Shown here: in pieces, positions 37,911 through 46,757 of the stretch
How the letters are laid out: every line of letters starts with the position of its first letter
Numbering within the stretch: position 1 is the stretch's first letter
IMG/VR virus record: IMGVR_UViG_3300028413_000003
Span: 40,465 to 104,464 of that record
Direction: 5' to 3' (one strand)
From: a virus
Lineage: Duplodnaviria; Heunggongvirae; Uroviricota; Caudoviricetes
Length of the DNA stretch: 64,000 nt
The notes under the pieces: model-generated
Told to the model about the DNA's origin: nothing
Databases searched by the model: none
What the model saw: the letters and a program-made list of their open reading frames with translations, nothing else
Made by a program: the position numbers and the translations under genes

Positions 37911-37987
37911 GCCGTTGTAGCTCAGTCCGGTAGAGCAGTTCCCTTGTAAGGAAAAGGTCGAGGGTTCAAATCCTTCCTGCGGCACCA
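37911..37987 (+). tRNA. tRNA-Thr (anticodon UGU)
   Basis: D-arm GCTCAGTCCGGTAGAGC, loop CTTGTAA, T-loop TTCAAAT, CCA encoded; one acceptor mismatch. Confidence 0.65.
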
Positions 37988-37993
37988 GATTAT

Positions 37994-38087
37994 GCACGGA
38001 GATATAGGCAATTGGAAGCCTTGAATCCATAAGAGGCAGCGGGTGATCCTTTACTGCCAAATGCAAGTTCGAATCTTGCCCTGTGCT
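37994..38087 (+). tRNA. tRNA-like element, anticodon arm unresolved
   Basis: Canonical T-arm GCAAG-TTCGAAT-CTTGC and acceptor GCACGGA/CCTGTGC (6 of 7 bp), but 94 nt long with a 5-bp stem closing a 14-nt loop. Confidence 0.3.
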
Positions 38088-38237
38088 CCTAATTACAGCA
38101 AGTTAAGCTAAAGGTGAAGCAGGCCGCGGAAGGGGCTGATCAAGTGATATTAGTAAGTGGGGATATTAGCTATAAGTCCATTGAAAATGCAATCATTTAT
38201 ATACGGATCGTTACCGTAGCTTGCTACTTACAAGAGG

Positions 38238-38266
38238 TTGACAACACTGTGCAGAAATGCTAGTAT
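38238..38266 (+). promoter_or_regulatory. sigma70-like promoter TTGACA-N17-TAGTAT
   Basis: Upstream of ORF 38294. Confidence 0.5.
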
Positions 38267-38293
38267 AAGTTAACAACAACAAAGAGGCTTACA

Positions 38294-38608
38294 ATGAATA
38301 CGGTTAGTATTAACGGCGTTACATACACTTCAAAAACTGGAGACGTGTCGGTAACGAGAGATGTAATTACAATCAACGGTGAAGAAATTCACGCAACTGG
38401 AATTGTAGAGATACGAGTACTAGAAGGTGTTATTAATAATTTAACATCCAGTGCATCTGTTAATTGCACAACAGTCAACGGCGACATTAAAGCCAGCGGT
38501 AGTGTTAGAAGTGATGATGTCGGCGGCAATGTTAAAGCTGGTGGAAGTGTTAGATGTGACAACGTCGGCGGTTCGGTCAAAGCTGGTGGCAGTGTACGTC
38601 ACTCATGA
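38294..38608 (+). CDS. bactofilin-like repeat protein
   Basis: Repeats GDIKASGSVRSDDVGGNVKAGGSVRCDNVGGSVKAGGSVR. Confidence 0.4.
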   Translation: MNTVSINGVTYTSKTGDVSVTRDVITINGEEIHATGIVEIRVLEGVINNLTSSASVNCTTVNGDIKASGSVRSDDVGGNVKAGGSVRCDNVGGSVKAGGSVRHS

Positions 38609-38615
38609 AGAATAT

Positions 38616-38690
38616 GTCGCGTTAGCAAAATGGTAATGCGCTGCCCTGCAAAGGTAGAAGTTGGTGGTTCGATTCCTCAACGCGACTCCA
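38616..38690 (+). tRNA. tRNA-Cys (anticodon GCA)
   Basis: Acceptor GTCGCGT/ACGCGAC, loop CTGCAAA, CCA encoded; weak T-stem. Confidence 0.65.
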
Positions 38691-38819
38691 AAATACGCAA
38701 GGCTAAGCAGCTGGTGCACCTGTCTGCTTTAAACCTTTGCCAGCTTCGGGTAGGAATGGGATTAATGCGTATCCATTATCCCCGAAGCGACTATAAACAA
38801 CAAACTAGGTAGGCACACT

Positions 38820-39206
38820 ATGAACAGCACAGAACATTGTAAAAGTTTTATTGCAACTATTATCAAAGATAATCCTAGCATTGTCCTTTCGATTTACGGC
38901 ATCGTTTTTGAAGCTGAATTTCTTAGTAAGTTGGTCACGGATGCAACAGCACCTAACAAATGGAAACGTGAATATAAATGCAAGCCTGGTGGCGGGTTAC
39001 AAGCGTTTGATGAATATTCTATGTTTAGCAAAGACGTTACAATTTCCAGAATGGGATATGATAGAATGCCAAAACGAGATGTATCTGACTTTATATCCGA
39101 GAGAGGGTTCTGCCTTGCACCAGACACATACGAAGACAGTGTTGCATTTGTAGTGTTAGAAGATCATAATGGTATCCTTCACTTAGGTGATTACATAGGA
39201 GACTAA
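38820..39206 (+). CDS. hypothetical protein
   Basis: 128-aa ORF within tRNA island. Confidence 0.45.
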   Translation: MNSTEHCKSFIATIIKDNPSIVLSIYGIVFEAEFLSKLVTDATAPNKWKREYKCKPGGGLQAFDEYSMFSKDVTISRMGYDRMPKRDVSDFISERGFCLAPDTYEDSVAFVVLEDHNGILHLGDYIGD

Positions 39207-39431
39207 AAAGAATTTGTATAGTGTAGACGGTCATGCGTGAATTCGCAAAGCACACTCCGTAGGCAATTGCAGCGGGAAGCCCAGACTTTATGAGAACCTG
39301 GTACAAATAGTAAATGTAGTGGCTGTTAACGCCACGGAATGACTGCCGGTCTATATTGGACTATAGCAGCAATCCTATTGTTAACAGCTACTACTTTTAA
39401 TTTAACTCTAACCCAATCAAAAAGGCGCTCA

Positions 39432-39617
39432 ATGAAAATCAAATACAATCAACTTGCTGACTTAATGGACTACATTGACACACAGTCTGATCATATTAAT
39501 GATGCTGCTATGACTAAATTAGAGGGACGCCTAGGCAAAAAAGAAGTCAAGCGCATGCGTAGGCTATATAAGAAAATGTCTGACAAGCTCGACGACGCGC
39601 AATACACTATTAATTAA
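39432..39617 (+). CDS. hypothetical small protein, paralog of 39658..39990
   Basis: MKIKYNQLADLMDYID...GKKEVKRMRRLYKKM versus MKIKRKELRDMLNHIN...GKKQVKRINKMLKKM. Confidence 0.4.
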   Translation: MKIKYNQLADLMDYIDTQSDHINDAAMTKLEGRLGKKEVKRMRRLYKKMSDKLDDAQYTIN

Positions 39618-39657
39618 AATACGGTATCAACTTTTAACTGTAACTCAAGAGGCTATT

Positions 39658-39990
39658 ATGAAAATCAAACGCAAAGAACTTCGAGACATGCTGAATCACA
39701 TCAATGATCAAGATGTCTATATCACTGATGATCATCGGTGCGAGATGGAAGAAGAAATGGGTAAAAAACAAGTCAAACGTATCAACAAGATGCTCAAAAA
39801 AATGGGCAAGAAGTTGACTTCAACACCAACAATTGTATTCATGTCTGCATCAGGCAACAGATACCTTATTAATGCTGCCACATATGAAGCAGATGTAGCA
39901 GCATATCAAGCCGCGCTCGATGCAGGTGATGAAATCACAATGGACGCTTTTGAAACAGGTAGCACAGGCTGGATTTGCGCTCCTGAATAA
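39658..39990 (+). CDS. hypothetical small protein, paralog of 39432..39617
   Basis: See paralog. Confidence 0.45.
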   Translation: MKIKRKELRDMLNHINDQDVYITDDHRCEMEEEMGKKQVKRINKMLKKMGKKLTSTPTIVFMSASGNRYLINAATYEADVAAYQAALDAGDEITMDAFETGSTGWICAPE

Positions 39991-40092
39991 TTTGCGGTAG
40001 TACGAATGCTACATTAAAAAAATCTCAATATGAATTGAGGTTCTAGAGATACAGTAAAACGAGTCTTGTTTAAATAGAAAGTATTTGAATAT

Positions 40093-40177
40093 GCGGGCGT
40101 GGTGGAATTGGCAGACACATCACGTTTAGGTCGTGACACCGCAAGGTTTGGGAGTTCGAGTCTCCCCGCCCGTACCA
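40093..40177 (+). tRNA. tRNA-Leu (anticodon UAG), type II
   Basis: Acceptor GCGGGCG, loop TTTAGGT, long variable arm, T-loop TTCGAGT, CCA encoded. Confidence 0.75.
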
Positions 40178-40199
40178 AATACAATACGCGCCGCGTGGT

Positions 40200-40454
40200 A
40201 TGAAGTTTACTACACATAAATATAAGTACCATCAACAAGGAGACGGTATTATGAATTTTTTAAAAGGTTACAGAACAGTTATTTTCAACATAGCATTATT
40301 TGTTGCAAGCTTGGTCGAAATTGTTGGAATAGTTGATATACTTGCGCCTGGCGCAAGCGCAAGTATTATTCTAGCAGTAAGCATTGCTAACTTGGTGCTG
40401 AGATATATGACAGACACAACAGTTGGCACAAGTACGCAACACGAAACATTATAA
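40200..40454 (+). CDS. hypothetical small membrane protein
   Basis: 84 aa; two hydrophobic helices. Confidence 0.4.
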   Translation: MKFTTHKYKYHQQGDGIMNFLKGYRTVIFNIALFVASLVEIVGIVDILAPGASASIILAVSIANLVLRYMTDTTVGTSTQHETL

Positions 40455-40460
40455 GAACAT

Positions 40461-40535
40461 TGGAGGACGTAGCAGAATGGCGATGCATCAGACTTTGAAT
40501 CTGATTTTTGGGAGGTTCGATTCCTTCTCCTCCAG
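40461..40535 (+). tRNA. tRNA-Gln (anticodon UUG), copy 1
   Basis: Acceptor TGGAGGA/TCCTCCA, stem TCAGA/TCTGA, loop CTTTGAA; 3' CCA not fully encoded. Confidence 0.6.
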
Positions 40536-40661
40536 CCCTAGAATTCCTTAGCTAGTCAAGGAAAGAACATTTAATCGGTGCAGCAAGCTTTTACTCCTAC
40601 CGAAGAGCAGTATCTTAAAGATATACGGACTGCCTTGTGTTGTGGAATTTTATAAGAATAT

Positions 40662-40737
40662 TGGTCAGTAGCTCAATTGGTAGAGCATCTGTTTTTGGTA
40701 CAGAAGGTTGTAGGTTCGAATCCTACCCGACCATCCA
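40662..40737 (+). tRNA. tRNA-Gln (anticodon UUG), copy 2
   Basis: D-arm GCTCAATTGGTAGAGC, stem TCTGT/ACAGA, loop TTTTGGT, CCA encoded. Confidence 0.55.
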
Positions 40738-41039
40738 GCATTTTAGTTAGTCGAAGCTATAAGTTAAACGCGGATTAAATTATCCGCTAAGAGATCGAAA
40801 GTCACCGCGTTAGGGGGCAACGAAAGACCCATACTGAAAGACCGGGCGGCAGCGCCGGGAGAGCAGAGTGGAACCAGTGTGTAACATGTTGCAAAGCGTA
40901 AAAACCGTGAACTAGGGCAGGGCTAGGCAGGCACACTGGCAAAGCGAAGTAAACCTGGCAGGAAAGCAGGGACACTACTGTATAGCGATGTCGGAAGAAA
41001 CTAACGTAGGAACGGACGAGCAGTAGTTATGTAGAATAA

Positions 41040-41106
41040 TGGTAGTTCGCCGGACGCCTTGCAGCATTTGGAACCGGAGGTAGAAGTTCGAATCTTCTCG
41101 TAAATA
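41040..41106 (+). tRNA. tRNA-like fragment (good T-arm only)
   Basis: AGAAG-TTCGAAT-CTTCT T-arm at 41082-41098; no convincing acceptor or anticodon pairing. Confidence 0.2.
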
Positions 41107-41110
41107 CTTG

Positions 41111-41139
41111 TTGACACGCTCAACTAAATACTGTACAGT
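41111..41139 (+). promoter_or_regulatory. sigma70-like promoter TTGACA-N17-TACAGT
   Basis: Internal promoter of tRNA island, upstream of tRNA-Pro. Confidence 0.5.
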
Positions 41140-41213
41140 CAATGTATAAAACAGTTTTAGGTGCCGAAGCTATTAATAACGGAGTATGGCGCAGTTCGCT
41201 AACTTCAAATATA

Positions 41214-41292
41214 CGGAGTATAGCGCAGTCTGGTTTAGCGCATCTGCTTTGGGAGCAGAGGGTCGAAGGTTCGAATCCTTCTACTCCGACCA
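41214..41292 (+). tRNA. tRNA-Pro (anticodon UGG)
   Basis: Acceptor CGGAGTA/TACTCCG, loop TTTGGGA, CCA encoded; preceded by a degenerate copy of its own 5' end at 41180-41208. Confidence 0.8.
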
Positions 41293-41457
41293 AAACAACT
41301 TAGTATGACATTAGGAACAGAAAATTATTGTCGGTGAGCGTAGGACGCAGATGGGTCTCCAAAACCCAAAAGGTAGATTTCGATTATCTCCGCCGATGCC
41401 AACAAATACAGAAGTGCAGTGTGAACTCAAAAATCGACTCCTCTTTCGCTAAACAAC

Positions 41458-41531
41458 GCCCCCGGAGCATGACGGTTATGCATCGGCTTCTAACCCCGCG
41501 TATATGGGTTCAAATCCCATTGGGGGCACCA
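41458..41531 (+). tRNA. tRNA with anticodon CUA (amber-suppressor-like) or pseudogene
   Basis: Perfect acceptor GCCCCCG/TGGGGGC, D-arm GCAT-GACGGTT-ATGC, T-arm ATGGG-TTCAAAT-CCCAT, CCA encoded; anticodon loop TTCTAAC but only 3 of 5 anticodon-stem pairs. Confidence 0.45.
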
Positions 41532-41707
41532 ATTTGTTACAACCTCTGAGCCGTTGATTGATTCTAGATAAGAAATCAACTAAGTTGATAACAATTCGAC
41601 CTAAACAGTAGTTATTAACGACTTGTCGCAAAACTGTATTCAACCTTAGCAGTATGGCTGAAGCCTGTTGTAAAAATGCTATCGAAACAACAATGGAGAT
41701 ATACATA

Positions 41708-42178
41708 ATGCGGTCCTTAGAATACTCGGCGATATCCGATTATTATAAAGATGATATCACTGATCGAAGCGGCGTCAAATTAATGAACCACATCGATGAA
41801 GGTATTGAAATTCTCAACCAACTAGGCGCGACCCCGGCTGCAATTGCAGCATATTGTCTGCATCCAATTTTTCAAAATGATGCAGACTTAACAAAAAACG
41901 TTGCAGCGATCAAACTGTTTGACCCGTATGTAATTATGCTAACCATGGAATATCGTCGTACAGCTAACTCGTACCTATGCAGGCCAGGCACAGATGATTT
42001 TACACTTGATGACATTTGCCGAGTTGTTGGACTGTTGTTGCCCGAAGTAAAAGATATGTTGATTGCTGACAAGAAGCAAAATTCCAAAGACTTTATGCTG
42101 TATCATTACGGCGTACACAAACGAACAACGCAGTTGCACCAGTATTTTAAAAACTGGTGCAACTTGCTCAACTGCTAA
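41708..42178 (+). CDS. hypothetical protein (possible HD-like hydrolase)
   Basis: NHIDEGIEILNQLGA...AAYCLHP; tentative. Confidence 0.35.
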   Translation: MRSLEYSAISDYYKDDITDRSGVKLMNHIDEGIEILNQLGATPAAIAAYCLHPIFQNDADLTKNVAAIKLFDPYVIMLTMEYRRTANSYLCRPGTDDFTLDDICRVVGLLLPEVKDMLIADKKQNSKDFMLYHYGVHKRTTQLHQYFKNWCNLLNC

Positions 42179-42334
42179 TCGAACAAGGGTTTGTAGTAAA
42201 GGCAACAATCCTGAAACCCTGCGACGCAAGTCAATACCCATTAAGATCGTCAGTTAGGTTGCCATAATATAAATAATTAAAAGACATATAACAGGAGAGA
42301 AATAATGTCATAGGTAGAAATAGCATGCAAAGAT

Positions 42335-42862
42335 TTGGTGTTCCACTTTAACAAAGGACACCTAACAGACCCAACCATCCCAATGTGGGCTGTGAAAACC
42401 AAGGGCCAGACATTTTACGTCGACCACGTGACTTGTGAATTGCCATGGAGCACAAAAGAAACTCCGGACAATCCAGGCACCAAGGGCAGCATCAAAATCA
42501 AGAGATGTTTACTTACCATTGGCAACGATAACTGTGCTGAGATTACAACACTCACCGAGGATGATGCAGAAAGACTAAGCGGTAAAAAACGGGTCAACCG
42601 CATAATCACGTCAGCTGGTTACAAGCTTAAAGAATTTTTAAAAGGTCGGGCCCATGGCTCAATTCATTGCTTCGGTGGCGGATGTGGCACAGCTTGGCAT
42701 GTAACTGAAATCAGTGACAGAACATTGCTGCTGGCACAACTGGTATTACCAGATGTGAGAGTTTTGATGCCCAACGAATATTACTACAAAGCATATGACA
42801 CAGGTGGCAGTAGCCAGGAGATCGACCTGGATGATGAATTTGATGATTTCTATGAAAATTGA
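42335..42862 (+). CDS. hypothetical protein with acidic C-terminus
   Basis: 175-aa ORF. Confidence 0.45.
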   Translation: MVFHFNKGHLTDPTIPMWAVKTKGQTFYVDHVTCELPWSTKETPDNPGTKGSIKIKRCLLTIGNDNCAEITTLTEDDAERLSGKKRVNRIITSAGYKLKEFLKGRAHGSIHCFGGGCGTAWHVTEISDRTLLLAQLVLPDVRVLMPNEYYYKAYDTGGSSQEIDLDDEFDDFYEN

Positions 42863-43035
42863 AATAGGACATCGGCATCTCAAATTTCTTATTGGAGTTA
42901 TTGGGCGATTTAAAATGCGGCATGGACCGTTTCACAAATTGCCCAATACTTATCGTATGTTCATATATACTAATAGATACGATAGTTTGTTTCTACTAAC
43001 ATTATCAGATACAGATATGAGTATTATCAAATAAC

Positions 43036-43110
43036 GCGGGTGTAGCTCAGGGGTAGAGCATTTGGTTGCCAATCAAAATGTCGAGAGTTCGAATCTCTTC
43101 ACCCGCTCCA
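43036..43110 (+). tRNA. tRNA-Gly (anticodon GCC)
   Basis: Acceptor GCGGGTG/CACCCGC, loop TTGCCAA, CCA encoded. Confidence 0.8.
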
Positions 43111-43120
43111 AATTACCTAT

Positions 43121-43210
43121 GTCAGTATTGGTTAGGTTTAACCGGTGTGTGCTACTACAGGCGTTATAGCACAATTATCCAAGCAGGGTTCGATTCCCTC
43201 ACTGATACCA
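43121..43210 (+). tRNA. tRNA-like element (90 nt), anticodon unresolved
   Basis: Acceptor GTCAGTA/CACTGAT 6 of 7 bp, T-loop TTCGATT, CCA encoded; internal 6-bp stem GTGCTA/TAGCAC with 12-nt loop in place of a canonical anticodon arm. Confidence 0.3.
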
Positions 43211-43214
43211 AATT

Positions 43215-43288
43215 GCCCTCGTAGCTGAGTGGTTTAGCAACGGTTTAGTAATCCGTCGACGGGATTTCGATTCTCCCCGAGGGCACCA
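43215..43288 (+). tRNA. tRNA, anticodon ambiguous (AGU by position; degenerate)
   Basis: Perfect acceptor GCCCTCG/CGAGGGC, CCA encoded; anticodon loop TTAGTAA; mismatches at 31:39 and 53:61. Confidence 0.45.
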
Positions 43289-43337
43289 ACACATATCTCT
43301 AATGCTTCTGATAAATATATAAAACACATATCAGAAC

Positions 43338-43649
43338 ATGTCAGGAAGAGTATTATACGGAAAACACACTATGGCCACAGGTGCAACTGTTCTTGAAGCA
43401 GGCAGAATTAACCAAGGCGCAGCGTCAATAGCAATTGGTGCATTTACTGGACAGGACGCTCAAGCAGCAAATAGTATTGTCATTAATGCAACTGGTGGTG
43501 TGCTACAAAACACAGTTGAAGATATATTAGTCATCAAACCAGTTAGAGAAAACACCACAGGTACAGCACCAACTAGCACACTGCCCACAGGTTTCTTCTA
43601 CACTATTTACAATCCAACAACTGGAGAAATGGGATACTGGAACCCATAA
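43338..43649 (+). CDS. hypothetical Gly/Thr/Ala-rich protein
   Basis: 103-aa ORF. Confidence 0.4.
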   Translation: MSGRVLYGKHTMATGATVLEAGRINQGAASIAIGAFTGQDAQAANSIVINATGGVLQNTVEDILVIKPVRENTTGTAPTSTLPTGFFYTIYNPTTGEMGYWNP

Positions 43650-43785
43650 TATCACGTCAACCCTACTTTAGGCCCAGGGTTGTAAAATATCAGGCACTCT
43701 TGAAATCAAGTATGTGGCCCAGTCAGCAATGGCGGTAAGTTGTAAGCAGTCATAGACTGGAAATAAGCTTATTTCTAAAAAGTTA

Positions 43786-43814
43786 TTGACAGCGTTGTTA
43801 ACTAGTGCTATAGT
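43786..43814 (+). promoter_or_regulatory. sigma70 consensus promoter TTGACA-N17-TATAGT
   Basis: First of three tandem promoters heading a 1.4-kb ORF-free block. Confidence 0.6.
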
Positions 43815-43864
43815 GTTTATATAGAGTTAGTTAACACGTTGTTGATGATGCTTTTACAAATAAA

Positions 43865-43913
43865 ATTAAAGTAGTTGACACACTGTTAAACATGTGTTAC
43901 ACTGTTAGTAAGA
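43865..43913 (+). repeat. 49-bp promoter-containing repeat, copy 1
   Basis: About 90% identical to 44102-44150; contains TTGACA 43875-43880 and -10 TACACT 43898-43903. Confidence 0.8.
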
Positions 43914-44101
43914 AGTAAGCTGCTCTATTTGCAGAGTATAACACATACAGAACTATTGATTGCAGAGTCTCAGGGAAGTGTCATAGGAGAGTAAATAGGT
44001 CAAAACGACGAGTGGCAAGAATCTTATTCTTGTGTAATCACAAAATTCGAGCGGTTAACTTCCTACTTAAAGTATGAAACCAATGGTTTCATAGAACATA
44101 A

Positions 44102-44150
44102 ATTAAAGTAGTTGACACGCTGTTAAACATGTGTTACGCTGCTAGTAAGA
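44102..44150 (+). repeat. 49-bp promoter-containing repeat, copy 2
   Basis: Contains TTGACA 44112-44117 and -10 TACGCT 44135-44140. Confidence 0.8.
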
Positions 44151-44664
44151 ACTAAACGTACTAAAAAGATTTGCGGAGTGTAGTCCGCTTGCAACAGGCA
44201 TCCTCGGGTGTTTGTTGATAGGGTAGTCACAGCAATGTGATAAAAGGAAGTTTTCCTATAAACTTCCGCACTATAAGAGCTTGCTCTTATATTGTCCATC
44301 TATACAAGCCTGAGTTAACTGCAACCGACTAGTTCGTAGGTGCAGTCCGTCCGTAGAAAGGCGGTAGGCAGTAAGTTAGTATTATAGTCCGAAAGGATAT
44401 ACACGGAGCCGATCGGTGAGTGTTAATAGACTGTGGTGGTTTAGCTATGATGTACCAAACTAATGATTGCTGATTACTAACAGGTAGCTGCATAGTCTGA
44501 CCGTTCGCGCGGAAAGGCAACGCAGCATTACAAGAGTTGAAGGTTAATTAATATACCCAAGACTTGAAGTAAGGTTTATTAGCCCGCAAGGTGAAAAACA
44601 GATGATGTGTTGTATTTTGTATCTAACAAGGTATGAAGCAACAGGAGTAGCACATCATAGTAGG

Positions 44665-44734
44665 TTGCAAATAGCTCTCTGGTAGAGCAATTCCTTTTCT
44701 GGAATCGGTGTTGGTTCAAATCCAACTTTGATTA
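44665..44734 (+). tRNA. degenerate tRNA-like element (UUC-like anticodon region, 6-nt loop, broken acceptor)
   Basis: Good D-arm GCTC-TCTGGTA-GAGC and T-arm GTTGG-TTCAAAT-CCAAC, but acceptor pairs only 4 of 7 and no CCA. Confidence 0.3.
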
Positions 44735-45189
44735 AAATGCAAGAGTCTGCTCCAGTGTACTGTTAAAGACGCTTAATGCCATACTACCTAGTAGAATATG
44801 GCGCACAGAAGCTCGCAAGGCAGACGTGTTTGTTTGGAAATATAACGTCGGATCTTAGCGGATCCAAATAGCTCGCAAGGCTAACGTAGGATCGATAGAC
44901 GAGTAGCAGTATATGATGCGTGAAACGCCACACGCTAAAAAAGGCAGCGTTGGAAGATACATACATAAGCTGTCCGGCTGGTATGTGGATAACGGATTAA
45001 CTAACCTCGCAAGGATTACGGTAAGGTCCAAAGACTTCCATCCTAAGGTGTAATCTCAACCTAAGGAAACAAAGTTTGATACTTTTAATAAAGCAGTTGA
45101 TTAACACACTAAGCACTAACCCACATTGCTCGTATATGTAAATAGAGTAATGAAATATTCAGTAACTGTTTTTTTTAAATTGTCTTTAT

Positions 45190-45267
45190 GTCGCGGTAGA
45201 GCAGTCCGGTCAGCTCATTGGGTTCATACCTCAAAGGTCGTAGGTTCGAATCCTGCCCGCGCAACCA
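45190..45267 (+). tRNA. tRNA-Met/Ile2-type (anticodon CAU)
   Basis: Stem TTGGG/CTCAA, loop TTCATAC, T-loop TTCGAAT, CCA encoded; positions 1:72 and 2:71 unpaired. Confidence 0.55.
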
Positions 45268-45286
45268 ACTTTATAAAGGAAACTTT

Positions 45287-45928
45287 ATGTCAGATATTAA
45301 CATTAACGTAACTGCTGTCGCTGGAATGGGGAAGACTACTGTTACTGCTCTTCTATACAAATTTCTAAGTGAACATGGATTTGACGTTACTGTTGAGTTA
45401 GAGGATGAAATCAACGCATTAGAAACTCTTGCAAACAAAGAACGCATTCTGACAGTTGCGGCAAAAAGTTCAATCACAATCACTCAGACACAATTGGCAA
45501 GTTTGCCTCAATTACCATTGGAATCTACGATGAAAAATCTTAAAGATATGATCACTGACTTAGATGAGGAAATTAGTCGAGTCAAGCAGCTTGAAGCCAA
45601 AAATGGCTACCACCATGGTACAGCACAAAATGCTATTATGCGTCGTTACCGTACAGAGCTCACGGCGTTGGCTCGATTGATGAAAGATGATATTAATTTG
45701 AAAGGTCTTGTCGAGTACGATAACCGGACAACAGAAACCAAGGAAGACTACATGACAACAAGTTACAATACAAACAACCTTCCACTTGTTGCATTTCCAG
45801 ACATTGCAATTATTGAAATAGCGAACCTTGCTAACAAGCTGGGTGTTTTAGTTCACATTGATGGCATTCCGTTTGGTGATTGTAATCAATCATCTAGAAC
45901 CATTAAAGACGAACACAACGAAGATTAA
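45287..45928 (+). CDS. hypothetical P-loop protein
   Basis: Walker-A-like AVAGMGKTT; start moved to ATG 45287 (RBS aaagga) because track start lies inside the tRNA. Confidence 0.5.
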   Translation: MSDININVTAVAGMGKTTVTALLYKFLSEHGFDVTVELEDEINALETLANKERILTVAAKSSITITQTQLASLPQLPLESTMKNLKDMITDLDEEISRVKQLEAKNGYHHGTAQNAIMRRYRTELTALARLMKDDINLKGLVEYDNRTTETKEDYMTTSYNTNNLPLVAFPDIAIIEIANLANKLGVLVHIDGIPFGDCNQSSRTIKDEHNED

Positions 45929-45942
45929 TTTTAGGAAATAAT

Positions 45943-46128
45943 ATGCAAGTTAGAACTCCAGGAGTACATTGGGCGTGGTGGGTATTTTGGTTATTAGTAT
46001 TTTGGCCAGCATTGTTCCTTGTATGGATAACACACAAGAACGATGTTGATAGCTACAACCTTGAGCTCCAAAGAGAACTTGATAAGACACGCAAGAAGAA
46101 GAAGAGAAAAGCAATTGTTAGAGTTTAA
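45943..46128 (+). CDS. hypothetical small membrane protein
   Basis: WAWWVFWLLVFWPALFLVWI hydrophobic segment. Confidence 0.3.
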   Translation: MQVRTPGVHWAWWVFWLLVFWPALFLVWITHKNDVDSYNLELQRELDKTRKKKKRKAIVRV

Positions 46129-46726
46129 GCATACAGAACCACAAAACATTTCCGACCACATTGCGCTAGGGTTAACCAAAGTTTTTAGATGGTTTGCTGA
46201 TACCTTTTTTGCCAAACGTTATGGACACCGTGCTGTTGTACTTGAAACAGTTGCTGGTGTTCCTGGAATGGTTGCAGGAATGTGGAATCACCTAAGAAGT
46301 CTACGAAACATGGCGCCCGATGACCGAAAGTGGATCAAGGTGCTGCTGGACGAAGCAGAAAACGAACGCATGCACCTCATGATCTTTATTGAGATTGCAC
46401 AGCCTAGTCGCTTCGAAAGATGCTTGGTGTTGCTAGCACAATTTCTATTTTGGCATTTCTATTTTGTAATGTACGCTCTGTTTCCAAAAACTGCACATCG
46501 ACTGGTAGGATACTTTGAAGAAGAAGCTGTTATAAGTTATACTCAGTATCTTGCAGAAATTGATGTGGGCACAGTCGAAAACGTGCCTGCGCCACAAATT
46601 GCAATTGATTATTACAAGTTAAGCCAATCCGCAACACTAAGAGACGTTGTACTCAAGGTAAGAGCAGACGAACAAGGTCACTCAGAAACAAACCATCAGA
46701 TGGCCAATGAATTACTTAGTCGTTGA
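46043..46726 (+). CDS. plastoquinol terminal oxidase / alternative oxidase (PTOX/AOX); start uncertain
   Basis: Di-iron motifs LETVAGVPGMV, NERMHL, EEEA, RADEQGH. Confidence 0.8.
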   Translation: MLIATTLSSKENLIRHARRRREKQLLEFKHTEPQNISDHIALGLTKVFRWFADTFFAKRYGHRAVVLETVAGVPGMVAGMWNHLRSLRNMAPDDRKWIKVLLDEAENERMHLMIFIEIAQPSRFERCLVLLAQFLFWHFYFVMYALFPKTAHRLVGYFEEEAVISYTQYLAEIDVGTVENVPAPQIAIDYYKLSQSATLRDVVLKVRADEQGHSETNHQMANELLSR

Positions 46727-46751
46727 CACATCACAAGAAATGTGTTAAATT
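46723..46751 (+). promoter_or_regulatory. sigma70-like promoter TTGACA-N17-TAAATT
   Basis: -10 ends 7 nt before ATG 46758. Confidence 0.35.
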
Positions 46752-46757
46752 GCTTTT

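Noticed and set aside
40461-40737. Second UUG tRNA read as a possible Pro/Lys/Trp tRNA
   Set aside because: Only the 5-bp stem TCTGT/ACAGA with loop TTTTGGT gives a consistent fold, which places UUG at positions 34-36. Kept as a second Gln copy at lower confidence.
44160-44740. Group I intron interrupting a tRNA gene
   Set aside because: A P7-like GACTA/TAGTC pair and GNRA loops are present. But the nearby tRNA-like element (44665-44734) has an intact anticodon arm and no split exons, and no interrupted protein gene exists. Kept only as a structured-RNA candidate.
45218-45928. Track start 45218 for the P-loop gene
   Set aside because: It lies inside tRNA-Met (45190-45267). The in-frame ATG 45287 with RBS aaagga is the likely start.
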